From Eledone cirrhosa (taxonomy: Eukaryota), in NCBI GenBank assembly GCA_964016885.1, contig OZ024764.1, forward strand, positions 7,006,001 to 7,070,000: 64,000 nt of DNA. The letters run 5' to 3'. The translations under genes were made by a program, and so were the position numbers. Below, in pieces: positions 30,449-44,454 of this stretch. How positions within the stretch are numbered: the first letter of the stretch is position 1; the number at the start of each line of letters is the position of its first letter. The notes beneath the pieces were generated by a model that searched no databases, was not told the origin of the DNA, and worked only from the letters and a program-made list of their open reading frames with translations.

Positions 30449-33400
30449 GGCCTGACCTATTGGTTTTGGACTAGGAAAAAAGATTGTGCCTGATTGTAGA
30501 TGTAGCCTGCCCCTTTGACATGAGAGTGGAAGAAAAGGAGAGGGAGAAAATTAACCGATACCAGGACTTAAAGTGGGAGTTAAAAAGGATTTGGAACTGC
30601 CATGAAGTCAGAGTGGTCCCAATTGTCATAGGAGCACTAGGTACTATCTCAAGGAGTTTCCAAGGATGGTTAAAGGAAATTAGTCCAGCCCCGCTTTTTG
30701 GAACACTTCAAAAGGCATGCTTGCTGGGAACAGCAACAACCCTCTGATACGTCCTGAATGTCTGAGGCTGCAGGTAGGGGCTTGATGTTCACTTGAACAA
30801 ACTTTCCAGTTAAATAACATCAATGACTGAGACTCCAAGAATAATAATAATAATAATTGTTTCTACTTTAGACACAAGGCCAGCAATTACCCAGTGCATT
30901 ACTGGTACTTTATTTTATCGAACCCCGTAAGGATGAAAGGCAAAGTTAACCTCGGCGGGATTTGAACTCAGACCGTAAAGGGACTGAGACTCAAAGAATA
31001 ATAAGGTTACTGATGATAATAGTAGTAGTAGTAGTAGTAGTAGTAATAGTTGTAGTGGTAAGTGGATAGATGTGTAAAATAGTAATCACAGTAACAATAC
31101 TAATTGTTTCTATGTTAGGCACAAGGCCAGCAATTACCCAGTACATTACTGGTACTTTTATTTTATCGACCCCGTAAGAATGAAAGACAAAGTTAACCTC
31201 GGCGGGATTTGAATATACACATACATACACTCACATATATATATATATGAACCCTGTTTTTGTTTTCAGTGGTGACCCCATGTTCCCTAAACCAGCTCCT
31301 AACAGAGGTAGTCTTCGTATAAGGGTTCACCTCACTCAGGAGACCGTGTTACCCACATACAGCTACGCTACACTACGGCACATCCTCACAGAGTCAGTAC
31401 TGCCAAAGGTAATCTATCATACACACATACACAGTAACATATATATATATATATACACAGAATAATATATACATATGTTATATGTATATATCCACAGAGT
31501 AATATATATATATATATATATATATATGAATGGACCTGTTATTTTTATCTAAAGACACTTTTTCCAATTCCATCCCATCCATCCCTTCAATCTATCTTAT
31601 TTCTCATTCTTTCTTCTGATGAAGGACTAGCGTCCGAAACGTTAAGACCCTCTTCCTCCTATTTCAAGCATTAAACTAATATATTCCTTCCATATACTGT
31701 ACCGATTGTGTTGTTATTTACCTTTTACATACATATATATATTAATTATTTATTAAAATAACAGATTAAAGTTTAAACAAAGAATCGCTGCTTTCACCCT
31801 TAATGGGATCTTCTTAAGGGTGAAAGCAGCGATTCATTGCTTAAACTTTAATTTGTTATTTTAATAAATATTTGCTGTACGGTTCTTATATATTTGATAC
31901 ATATTTATCCTTATCGAGCCCTCTTTGGATTTTAGTCTTAACATTTATTATTATTACTATATATATATATATATATATATAGTATTTACGTATCGAGAAA
32001 GAGAGAAAAAGGAGGGATAGGTGATACATATAGTTATTTGCCAGGTAGCGTATGCCAAAGGTGCTCGATACTAGTGCCGGCAGTATTAAATATTCGAAGT
32101 GTTAATATTTAGTGGGCTAGAGAGTTAGCAGAGCGTAAGCACGTGGGAAAGTGAAAAATCGGAGAATAGACCGTTAAAACATGTTTATTGAAAATATCAC
32201 CTACGTACGTTTCGCCCAGTTGGGCTTCTCAAGGGCATAAACAGTCACAAGTGTTCCTTATATAGTTTGGAAAGAGATTTGGGGGTTAAATCGACATCAA
32301 GATTCATTGTTCGCAAAAATATCTTGTTTTGATTTTGCAGCAGGTCAAGGGAGGTAACTTTGGCCGGTGTTAGGGCAGTCCTTCCCGGATAATTTTTGGT
32401 ATGCAGGAATCGTTTTCTGGGTGTTATTTTGCTGCGCCTGCCCGCCGGGGTGTTAAGGCTTGTTGCAGGGAGATCCAGTGTGTTATTTCACTCTCCATTC
32501 TTAACCCATCTAAAGAAGGATATTTTTAAGCGATGTGTACAACTTATCGCTGTTTCAGCTCTGCTGTTGATGAGCTCATGGGGTGCAGTTATGATGTGGT
32601 AGAGCTCCATGAGGCAAAGATCACATTTCCTCTTGAAGTTGTACGGTGCAGCCCTGTCGACAATCTCCCAGTGCGTGGAGAAGCTAATGTTTAAGTCCTT
32701 TAGTGATGTGATGTAGTCCGCGAGCGAGGTGGAGTGCCTTAGTTTTCTATTTGTGAAAGAGTGGAGATGTGTTCGAAACCTAATTTTGAACGGGCCGGAG
32801 GTGGCCCCTATATAATGTTTAACGCTATTGTGGCTAGTAATAGTGCATCTATATATAACCCTATCGGTCAAGCAGTATCCTCTAAGGGGGCACCGTCCTC
32901 TGTCGCGGCAGTTGCAATTTCTGTCGCTGTTCCGTCTATTTCCCACGATAAGGCTATCATTGTTGCTGCCTACATTGTTAGCTGCGCTACCGCAGCTGTC
33001 GTTAGCACAATTACAACCCACAGCACGCGGGATGGTGCGATTGTTATTCCGCACGCCATGTTTTGCATGCTCCCCAGTCACTTCGCGGTCATTCTGGTTG
33101 CGTCTGCGGATGCCGTTGCCAACACTATTGGATGCTGTCAGGGAGTTGTTAAGGCCGATACAGTTATTGTCAGGTGTAGGTGCGTCTGCGTCGAGGTGCT
33201 GTGTCTTGGTGATCTTACTGTGGTTCGTTGTTCCTATGATGTCTGCTAGGTTAGGAGTAGTAGAGAAGGATATTTTTATATTGTTCCTATTAAGAATTTC
33301 TATACCTATGGTTGGGTGGGAAGTTCTTCTCTAAGGCTTCGAAGAATATCCGGGGTATGTTGGAGGCCACACTTCGAGAGTAGGGGGGGTGGAACCATAG

Positions 33401-36400
33401 GACGTTACGGTGGCGATTACGTGTCCTTGTACTTTTGCTACGGGTGGTTCCATCTAAGTGATCGCTCTTATGTGTGTTAATGCGCTGTCGCCCATTCGGT
33501 ACCCCTTTCACTTTATGCTCGGGTGCACTCTTTCTACCTCTTCCATGTTTATGTACACGAAGATGTTGGTTGGAAGGCGTTGGTAGTAGGCCGTCGCCTT
33601 TGTTGGTTTTGTAATAGGGGAATAGTTTGAGTAATCTACAGTATTCACCGTCGCCGGGGACGTGATCTTTGGTGCGGTTATCTATTCTATTATATCCGAC
33701 TTTAACGAGGTCGCCGCGTGATCGGTTATAGGTATGGCTTACTATAACGTTAGTTTTATGAGGGGGGTGGTTTCTAGAGCTAGCGTTAGGAATGTAGGAA
33801 ATTCCTCGGTTAAAGCCGGCGCTTATCAGGGCCCTATTGTAGTAATCAGCCGCTTGGTTGAAGATATCCTCATTGGCGGATAGTCTCGAGATTCTATGTG
33901 AGATACTATAGACTATGGAGTTGAGAGTCTGCTTAGGGTGGTTGGAGGCATATTTAATATGTAGTAATATATAAAGCCACACACTACCCATTTCTCCCCT
34001 TTGATACACTGCCACACCCATGCCACCCTCTACCTTCCACTGCTCACCCCTCAGCCGGGACGTTTACTACACTCCCCTATTATTTTAATTTTTATTATTT
34101 ATTTTTATTATTATTTTAATTTCCTTCCCTAAATTTCTCACGCTACTCTTTCATGTATCTGTTCTTCCCTTATCCGAAATATCCTGAAGAAGGACTTATG
34201 TCCAAAATATTGAAACCTCCTTCACTTCCACCGAGTGTAAACCTAATATAACTGTATAAATTGCCTCCTGTGTTTTGTTTATTTTATTTATCAACTATAT
34301 ATAACTGAATAAAGTGACAGGAGGTTGGGAAGTTGAAATATTTATTAAAATAACAGATTAAATAACAGATTAATAAATAACAGTTGTTATCCTGCAGGCA
34401 CTATATATATTTCAATAACCAGTAAGATTCCAGTGACATCATCAGGTGTATTACATAATAGTTATAAAGGAAACATGAACACAGGTGGTGTACAGAGACA
34501 AATATAAAGATATAAATAATTGATCTGGGGCAGTCTATGACCAGCCCCTGAATGAAAATGACTATATATTTGTCAAATTTTTTAGCCATAACCATGACCA
34601 CCATGTACCCCAGAGTATCCATCCTGGAGCTGCCCAACGTGACCATTAAAGTCCCCTGCTAGTATGACTAGGTCTCTGTCCTCTGTCATTATAGTTGTCT
34701 CTAGAAGTTGCTCGTTAAAGCAGTCCTTCTCTTCTTTACCTAGGCTCACCTGGGAAGCATAGGTAGAGATAATTGTCAGCAGTCTCTTGCCTACAACTAA
34801 TCTAACCTTAATTATTCTATTACTGACTCTAACTACCTCTACTGTCTTGTCAGTCCACTTCTTGGCCAGTAAAATGCCTACCCTACCTAACACATCATCA
34901 TTTCCTGCCCAGAGAAGATTATAGCTAAGATGTTTGCCTGCGATTATCCTTGCTGGGGCACCTCTCCATCTCACCTCTTGTATGCAGCACACATCCACAT
35001 ATCTTTTCTCTAGAATTTGCTCGTTAAAGCAGTCCTTCTCTTCTTTACCTAGGCCTGCTTGGGGAGCATAGGTAGAGATGATTGTCAGTAGTCTCTTGCC
35101 TACAACTAATCTAATCTTAATGATTCTACTACTGACTCTAACTACCTCTACTGTCTTGTCACTCCACTTCTCGGGCATTAAAATACCTACCCCACCTAAC
35201 ACATCATCCTTACCCACCCAGAAAAGCTTATAACTAAGATGTTTGCCTGTTATTAGTCTCGCTGAGGCACCTCTCCATCTCACCTCTTGCATGCAGCACA
35301 CATCCACATGTCTTCTCTCCAGCATCTCCGCTATCGGTTGCGATGATGAGTCTTCCAGATCATCTGATCAACAGAACAGCCTGCTTGTGAAATTAACATA
35401 CAAGTGGCTGAGCATTCCACAGAATATATATATATATATATATATATATACAAACATGTTCTCTCTCTAAGGTATTATACACATACACACGCAAACACTC
35501 ATGTCTAACGCTCTCTCTCATCTCTCACTCGCTCTCTCTCTCTCTCTCTCACTCACCTTCTCACTCTCTCACTCTCTCTCTCTCACTCTCTCTCATCTCA
35601 CACCCACACTCTCACTCACCTTCTCACTATCTCTCATCTCTCACTTTCACTCTTATCTCTCTCACTATCTCTCTCACTCTCACTCTCTCTCGCTCACCTT
35701 CTCACACTCTCACTCACCTTCTCACTCTCTCACTCTCTCTCTCATCTCACACCCACACTCTCACTCACCTTCTCACTCTCTCTCATCTTCTCACTCTCTC
35801 TCATCTCTCACTTTCACTCTTATATCTCTCTCTCACTATCTCTCTCACTCTCACTCTCACCTTCTCACACTCTCACTCACCTTCTCACACTCTCACTCAC
35901 CTTCTCACTCTCTCTCATCTCCCACTCTCACTCTCTCTCATCTCTCACTCTTGCTCTCATCTCACACTATCATTCACCTTCTCACTCTCTCTCATCTCCC
36001 ACTCTCACTCTCCCACTCTCCCACTCTCCCACTCTCACCCTCTCTCACTCTCTCTCTCACTCTCTCGCTCACCTTCTCACACTCTCACTCACCTTCTCAC
36101 TCTCTCTCATCTCCCACTCTCACTCTCTCTCATCTCCCACTCTCACTCTTGCTCTCATCTCACACTATCATTCACCTTCTCACTCTCTCTCATCTCCCAC
36201 TCTCACTCTCCCACTCTCCCACTCTCACCCTCTCTCACTCTCTCTCTCTCACTCTCTCTCACCCTCTCTCACTCTCTCTCCAGGGTACCACCCCACCTGA
36301 CCTATGTGCAGTCCACCTACTGGAGGAGATCAGTCAACTTGACCTCAATGAAATGTCCAACTGTCTGGTCAGACTCTATTTAAATGAAGGACTCATTACG

Positions 36401-36477
36401 GAGTACTTAACTGCTATTACAGCTGAAGAGGTGAAGAGTACATGTGAGTAGACACACATACATACATACACACACAC

Positions 36478-36524
<47 letters not shown>

Positions 36525-36599
36525 TACATACATATGCACACATACATACACACACATACCCACATACCCACACACACACATACATACATACATACACAC

Positions 36600-36632
<33 letters not shown>

Positions 36633-39600
36633 TACATACATTTACACACACATATACACACGCATATACCCACATACATACACCCACATACACACACATA
36701 CACAAACACACATGTACACACACACACACATACACACACATGTACACACACATACCCACATACACACACACACACACACATACACACACATGTACACACA
36801 CATACCCACATACACACACACACACATGGCACTGACCTTAGCATGGCCAAGATCGAGGCGCTGTAATTTCAGGTCCTCTTCAATTTCTTTCAACCCTATC
36901 TACTTTGGTTCACTGCGCAGGGTTCTCCATTGCATAGGTCACAGTTGTGGCTAAACCACTGTAGCCTGCATTGCTGGACTTGGTCTTCAATGGTCAGCTG
37001 CTTCTGGCATTGTCCTTAGATGTTGTTGATGGAACTTTGGCTACAACTGGTTTTGATTAAATGAGTTACATATTCCTCAAGCTGAGAGATCACAGCTCTG
37101 ATACTACAGACATGTGGTTAGAATGTCTGAGGAAGGAATCTCTGAATTGAGAGATCACAGCTCTGATACTACAGACATGTGGTTAGAATGTCTGAGGAAG
37201 GAATCTCTGAATTGAGAGATCACAGCTCTGATACTACAGACATGTGGTTAGAATGTCTGAGGAAGGAATCTCTGAATTGAGAGATCACAGCTCTGATACT
37301 ACAGACATGTGGTTAGAATGTCTCAGGAAAGAATCTCTGAATTGAGAGATCACAGCTCTGATACTGCAGACATGTGGTTAGAATGTCTCAGGAAAGAATC
37401 TCTGGATTGAGAGATCATAGCTCTGACACTACAGACACGTGGTTAGAATGTCTGAGGAAAGAATCTCTGAATTGAGAGATCACAGCTCTGGCACTACAGA
37501 CATGTGGTTAGAATGTCTCAGGAAAGAGTCTCTGATTTCTTATTTTGTGTCTCTCCTTTGTTCTGTCCTACACCATCTTCTGTCACTGAGGAGGTCACAG
37601 AATGTGTGATGAAAGAGTTTTGACTATATATAAACAACCATCTGGTTATTGAACCAACCGTAAATTTATAATAAATTGAAGTGAAAACCAACAGGTGCAT
37701 GTGTCTTTATTGACAACATGACCCTCCCAAAGTATAACAATATCATATATAAAAACAAATAACGAAACGAAATTAAATTTCGTTTTGCTTCTAACTCACT
37801 TTTGTATGACTGACGCTTAAACAATTAAGTTAAAGTGTACATCTACATATGTATACGGAAGTATTAGTATGCATATAAATACACACATGTATACATATGT
37901 ACATGTACTCAGCTTTTCACTAGACACTTTACAGTGAGTGTCAGCTAGTCTGTATGTAACCACACAGACGGACCGGGTTTTAGAGTTATACGGGTTTTCA
38001 AGGAAACACATTTCCTCTATTCTCCAGAGGGCCAGACAGGAATATTGGACTAGTTTCGATGTTATTACATCTCATCAGCAATATTTACCCATCTTCCGGC
38101 TTCTCTGGAGAATTGTAAAAGCACATATCGTTATATGCTTTTTCTATGAAAATTAGTAGTGGGTAGACTAATTTGCATAGAACGTGAGTCATTGTACGCA
38201 CCGGTTCAGCGGAAACGATAAAAACAAATAACGAAACGAAATTAAATTTCGTTTCGCTTCTAACTCACTTTTGTATGACTGACGCTTAAACATACAAAAG
38301 TGAGTTAGAAGCGAAACGAAATTTAATTTCGTTTCGTTATTTGTTTTTATCGTTTCCGCTGAACCGGTGCGTACAATGACTCACGTTCTATGCAAATTAG
38401 TCTACCCACTACTAATTTTCATAGAAAAAGCATATAACGATATGTGCTTTTACAATTCTCCAGAGAAGCCGGAAGATGGGTAAATATTGCTGATGAGATG
38501 TAATAACATCGAAACTAGTCCAATATTCCTGTCTGGCCCTCTGGAGAATAGAGGAAATGTGTTTCCTTGAAAACCCGTATGACTCTAAAACCCGGTCCGT
38601 CTGTGTGGTTACATACAGACTAGCTGACACTCACTGTAAAGTGTCTAGTGAAAAGCTGAGTACATGTACATATGTATACATGTGTGTATTTATATGCATA
38701 CTAATACTTCCGTATACATATGTAAATGTACACTTTAACTTAATTGTTTAAATATCATATATGTTTTCCTATATATATCTATCTAGGGCAGGTAAAATTC
38801 CCGAGATCCATGGACGAGTTCTCTCCAGCGGTCTCTGTCTTTCATCATCACTGCCATGTCCTTCGTCTCCAAGAGACCGGTGTCTGTCCTTAGGGCATCA
38901 ACATATATCAACCTCAGTCTCCCTCTTCCAGTGTGTCTGTGTATGGGGCTCACACAGGAGCACTGAGTGCAATGTCAACTCTGGATGTCGGTGAGCATGT
39001 CCAGCTAACCTCAGTCTCCTCTGTATCACTTTTGAGTTGACTTTTGGGAGGCTCCCGTACAGCTCTGAGTTCTTCATCCTCAGTGTATACTGGTTAATGT
39101 TCAGAGCCCTCCTCAGCATTCTCGTGTAGCACCCATCCACCATCTGAGTGTGTCTCTTGGTCAGTGTCCAAGTCTCAGACCCGTATAGATACACCTCTAT
39201 TATTTCTTTGTTGTCAATTCCAGCTGATCCGAACACATTATTTCGAGGAAATTCCCTGGCTACGAAGTCCATGGATCATTTTATGAAGGTAACGGCCCTT
39301 TGGTATTTTGATAACAGCTTCAAGGTACTACCTCTCTCCCTCTCCCTCTCTCTCAGGGTGGTTTTCTGCTAGCATGTGTAGTGTGTATATTGATATTATA
39401 CACCAATATACATACATGTAGATATGATACATCAAATGAAATTGTAATTGACAATATACACAGAAATTGAAGAGAGACTGTGTTACACTGTCTTATGTAA
39501 TCAGTAAAGTAATCCATGATACATTTAAAAAAGACAATATTATATATAAACTGGATTACGGTGAAATATAATGAAAACAAAAAATGAGAAAATTAGCGAT

Positions 39601-40340
39601 AAAAATATAAACGTTATATAACGATGTAAATATGTGAATGTTTACATAAGTGATATGATATAGTGTCTGTTATATCATAACTGGAAGTGTTGACATTTGA
39701 ACATTTTAAAAGAAGTGAATCTTAAAATAAGCAATCATTATATATAAGAATATTTATGTTTAATCAACAGCTACGAAATTTAGTAGATAAATTATGTAAT
39801 ATTCATTCATTATTTATTCAAAGGGCGGTGGATTGGCAGTATCGGTAGAGGGTCGGACGCCATGCTAGGGTGGTGGATTGGCAGTATCGATAGAGGGTTG
39901 GACGCCATGCTAGGGTGGTGGATTGGCAGTATCGGTAGAGGGTCGGACGCCATGTTTTCCAGCATAGTTACGTCTCTTTATGATCTGAGTTGAAATCCCG
40001 CTGAGGTTGACTTTGCCTTTCATCCTCACGGGGTCGATAAAATAAAGTACCAGTAATGCACTGGGTAATTGCTGGCCTTGTGCCTAAAGTAGAAACAATT
40101 ATTTATTCAAAGTAATCCAACTTATTTTACTAATGGGATAAAAAATTATAAATAGGACACAGTTCCGCACTCCTTACTTTATTGTATTATTTTTTTCTGA
40201 TTTTAATCCCCTTTGTTTGTCTTTATCAGATGGTGGGACTTCACTACCTCCAGGAGACCCTAGGACAGGTGATTGACCAGGTGTACGGTGACAGAAGGAT
40301 CGTTGAACTTGACCCCACTAGAGTGGATAGTATTAAAAGG

Positions 40341-40372
<32 letters not shown>

Positions 40373-43300
40373 CTTGAAAGGTCGAGCGGAGGTGGCGAAC
40401 ACTTTTATAGCGTCCGCCATCTACTACCGCTTGACCGTCGTGCCTTGTCCAGCCAAAACGCTCACCAAAATTTGGCGCGCGCTCTTCCGATTCCTTTGGA
40501 AGAGGCGGGCTCCTTTGGTGAGAAGATCCATCTGCTGCCAACACCCTTCTAACGGAGGGCTGGGGATGCCGTGGTTGACGATGCGCAAACACATGCTCAG
40601 GCTGCGGCATCTCTACGTATTCCTCACCGGACAACCGGTGTGGGCCCCGTTCGTGAGGCGAGCCTTCCCACGACTCGTCTCGCTGACCGAGCTGCAGTCC
40701 TGGGTCAAGCAAAGACCGAGGAAAATGGGCGACTGGCACATCGAATGTGCTCAGGGGCTCACAGCCCTCTGGCAGGTGGACCCGGCGATCAGTGGAGACT
40801 CCACTTCGTCATTCTATAGAGGGTTGGTCCGCAGCAAGTGCGACGACGCGCTCGGTGAAACTCTAGGCGTAGAGGAAGATGAACTGGCCAGTCTGTTCGG
40901 TAGGACCTTCCGCCCGGGACCGATGGACAACTTCCAAAAGTCCCTGGCCTGGCAGTGCTACTGAGGAGCTCTACCAGTTCGAGACAAGCTCTACAGACAT
41001 GGGCGCCCGGGCAGGGACCCTGCAAAAAAGATCTGTCCGAGGTGCGTGCGAGACGAAGAAACCGTCGCGCACGCATTCATACACTGCCCGGGCGTCACTG
41101 ATCTGTGGGGCTATGTAGAACGACTATTGTCGCGGGTGGGACCAATCCAGTTGACCACCGAGTCCATTGTCATGATCAAACCGCCACCCTCCTTCAAAAA
41201 CGAAGGAGAGGCGGTTTTCCTTTGTGTGATAGCTATGGCGAAAGAGGTTGTATGGTGGACAAGGTTGAAAGGGCTGAGGTCAGACACCTTTCTCTCCGGC
41301 CAACAACTGATTCTTTTTTTCAAATACCACTTTGGAAGAAAAATCAGGATGGAGAGAGGTGCTGTACCCCAGCAAGTTTTATGAAAGGTGGGTGAAAGTG
41401 GCGAGAATGGCCCGAGTCAATGGGCCTTCTCTCTATATCAGCCTGTAGATTGAGGAAAAGGAGGAGGAGAGGAAAGGAGTACAAGCTCTTCGTACTCCTG
41501 GAGATGAGGGTTGCACATTTTTTTCGGGGGTATGTGTTACCCATATAAACTGTCTCCCTCTATTGGGGAAAATCGACTAACTTTTAAATTCCATCTGTGA
41601 TAACATTTTACACGTTTTTATTGTATGTAAACTTCCCCCTTTGTATTTGTCCCCTTCTTTTGTGCCCCTGTGGCTAATAAAGAAATATATCTATCTATCT
41701 ATCCTTGAAAGGTCGAGCGGAGGTGGCGAACACTTTTATAGCGTCCGCCATCTACTACCGCTTGACCATCGTGCCTTGTCCAGCCAAAACGCTCGCCAAA
41801 ATGGAGCGCGCGCTCTTCCGATTCCTTTGGAAGAGGCGGGCTCCTTTGGTGAGAAGATCCATCTGCTGCCAACACCCTTCTAACGGAGGGCTGGGGATGC
41901 CGTGGTTGACGATGCGCAAACACACGCTCAGGCTGCGGCATCTCTACGTATTCCTCACCGGACAACCGGTGTGGGCCCCGTTCGTGAGGCGAGCCTTCCC
42001 ACAACTCGTCTCGCTGACCGAGCTGCAGTCCTGGGTCAAGCAAAGACCGAGGAAAATGGGCGACTGGCACATCGAATGTGCTCAGGCGCTCACAACCCTC
42101 TGGCAGGCGGACCCGGCGATCAGTGGAGACTCCACTTCGTCATTCTATAGAGGGTTGGTCTGCAGCAAGTGCGACGACGCGCTCGGTGAAACTCTAGGCG
42201 TAGAGGAAGATGAACTGGCCAGTCTGTTCGGTAGGACCTTCCGCCCGGGACCGATGGACAACTTCCAAAAGTCCCTGGCCTGGCAGGGCTACTGAGGAGC
42301 TCTACCAGTTCGAGACAAGCTCTACAGACATGGGCGCCCGGGCAGGGACCCTGCAAAAAAGATCTGTCCGAGGTGCGTGCGAGACGAAGAAACCGTCGCG
42401 CACGCATTCATACACTGCCCGGGCGTCACTGATCTGTGGGGCTATGTAGAACGACTATTGTCGCGGGTGGGACCAATCCAGTTGACCACCGAGTCCATTG
42501 TCATGATCAAACCGCCACCCTCCTTCAAAAACGAAGGAGAGGCGGTTTTCCTTTGTGTGATAGCTATGGCGAAAGAGGTTGTATGGTGGACAAGGTTGAA
42601 AGGGCTGAGGTCAGACACCTTTCTCTCCGGCCAACAACTGATTCTTTTTTTCAAATACCACTTTGGAAGAAAAATCAGGATGGAGAGAGGTGCTGTACCC
42701 CAGCAAGTTTTATGAAAGGTGGGTGAAAGTGGCGAGAATGGCCCGAGTCAATGGGCCTTCTCTCTATATCAGCCTGTAGATTGAGGAAAAGGAGGAGGAG
42801 AGGAAAGGAGTACAAGCTCTTCGTACTCCTGGAGATGAGGGTTGCACATTTTTTTCGGGGGTATGTGTTACCCATATAAACTGTCTCCCTCTATTGGGGA
42901 AAATCGACTAACTTTTAAATTCCATCTGTGATAACATTTTACACGTTTTTATTGTATGTAAACTTCCCCCTTTGTATTTGTCCCCTTCTTTTGTGCCCCT
43001 GTGGCTAATAAAGAAATATATCTATCTATCTATCCTTGAAAGGTCGAGCGGAGGTGGCGAACACTTTTATAGCGTCCGCCATCTACTACCGCTTGACCAT
43101 CGTGCCTTGTCCAGCCAAAACGCTCGCCAAAATGGAGCGCGCGCTCTTCCGATTCCTTTGGAAGAGGCGGGCTCCTTTGGTGAGAAGATCCATCTGCTGC
43201 CAACACCCTTCTAACGGAGGGCTGGGGATGCCGTGGTTGACGATGCGCAAACACACGCTCAGGCTGCGGCATCTCTACGTATTCCTCACCGGACAACCGG

Positions 43301-44367
43301 TGTGGGCCCCGTTCGTGAGGCGAGCCTTCCCACAACTCGTCTCGCTGACCGAGCTGCAGTCCTGGGTCAAGCAAAGACCGAGGAAAATGGGCGACTGGCA
43401 CATCGAATGTGCTCAGGCGCTCACAACCCTCTGGCAGGCGGACCCGGCGATCAGTGGAGACTCCACTTCGTCATTCTATAGAGGGTTGGTCTGCAGCAAG
43501 TGCGACGACGCGCTCGGTGAAACTCTAGGCGTAGAGGAAGATGAACTGGCCAGTCTGTTCGGTAGGACCTTCCGCCCGGGACCGATGGACAACTTCCAAA
43601 AGTCCCTGGCCTGGCAGGGCTACTGAGGAGCTCTACCAGTTCGAGACAAGCTCTACAGACATGGGCGCCCGGGCAGGGACCCTGCAAAAAAGATCTGTCC
43701 GAGGTGCGTGCGAGACGAAGAAACCGTCGCGCACGCATTCATACACTGCCCGGGCGTCACTGATCTGTGGGGCTATGTAGAACGACTATTGTCGCGGGTG
43801 GGACCAATCCAGTTGACCACCGAGTCCATTGTCATGATCAAACCGCCACCCTCCTTCAAAAACGAAGGAGAGGCGGTTTTCCTTTGTGTGATAGCTATGG
43901 CGAAAGAGGTTGTATGGTGGACAAGGTTGAAAGGGCTGAGGTCAGACACCTTTCTCTCCGGCCAACAACTGATTCTTTTTTTCAAATACCACTTTGGAAG
44001 AAAAATCAGGATGGAGAGAGGTGCTGTACCCCAGCAAGTTTTATGAAAGGTGGGTGAAAGTGGCGAGAATGGCCCGAGTCAATGGGCCTTCTCTCTATAT
44101 CAGCCTGTAGATTGAGGAAAAGGAGGAGGAGAGGAAAGGAGTACAAGCTCTTCGTACTCCTGGAGATGAGGGTTGCACATTTTTTTCGGGGGTATGTGTT
44201 ACCCATATAAACTGTCTCCCTCTATTGGGGAAAATCGACTAACTTTTAAATTCCATCTGTGATAACATTTTACACGTTTTTATTGTATGTAAACTTCCCC
44301 CTTTGTATTTGTCCCCTTCTTTTGTGCCCCTGTGGCTAATAAAGAAACATATCTATCTATCTGTCTG

Positions 44368-44418
<51 letters not shown>

Positions 44419-44419
44419 G

Positions 44420-44454
<35 letters not shown>

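Noticed and set aside
37084-37534. 65-bp repeat containing CTGAGGA as a tandem hammerhead array
   Set aside because: No properly placed stem II-GAAA-UH arrangement could be built.
40182-40964. RasGAP-LINE fusion ORF of 260 aa
   Set aside because: Chance read-through from the exon across (TATC)n into the LINE frame; the donor at 40340 matches the phase of the next exon at 45021.
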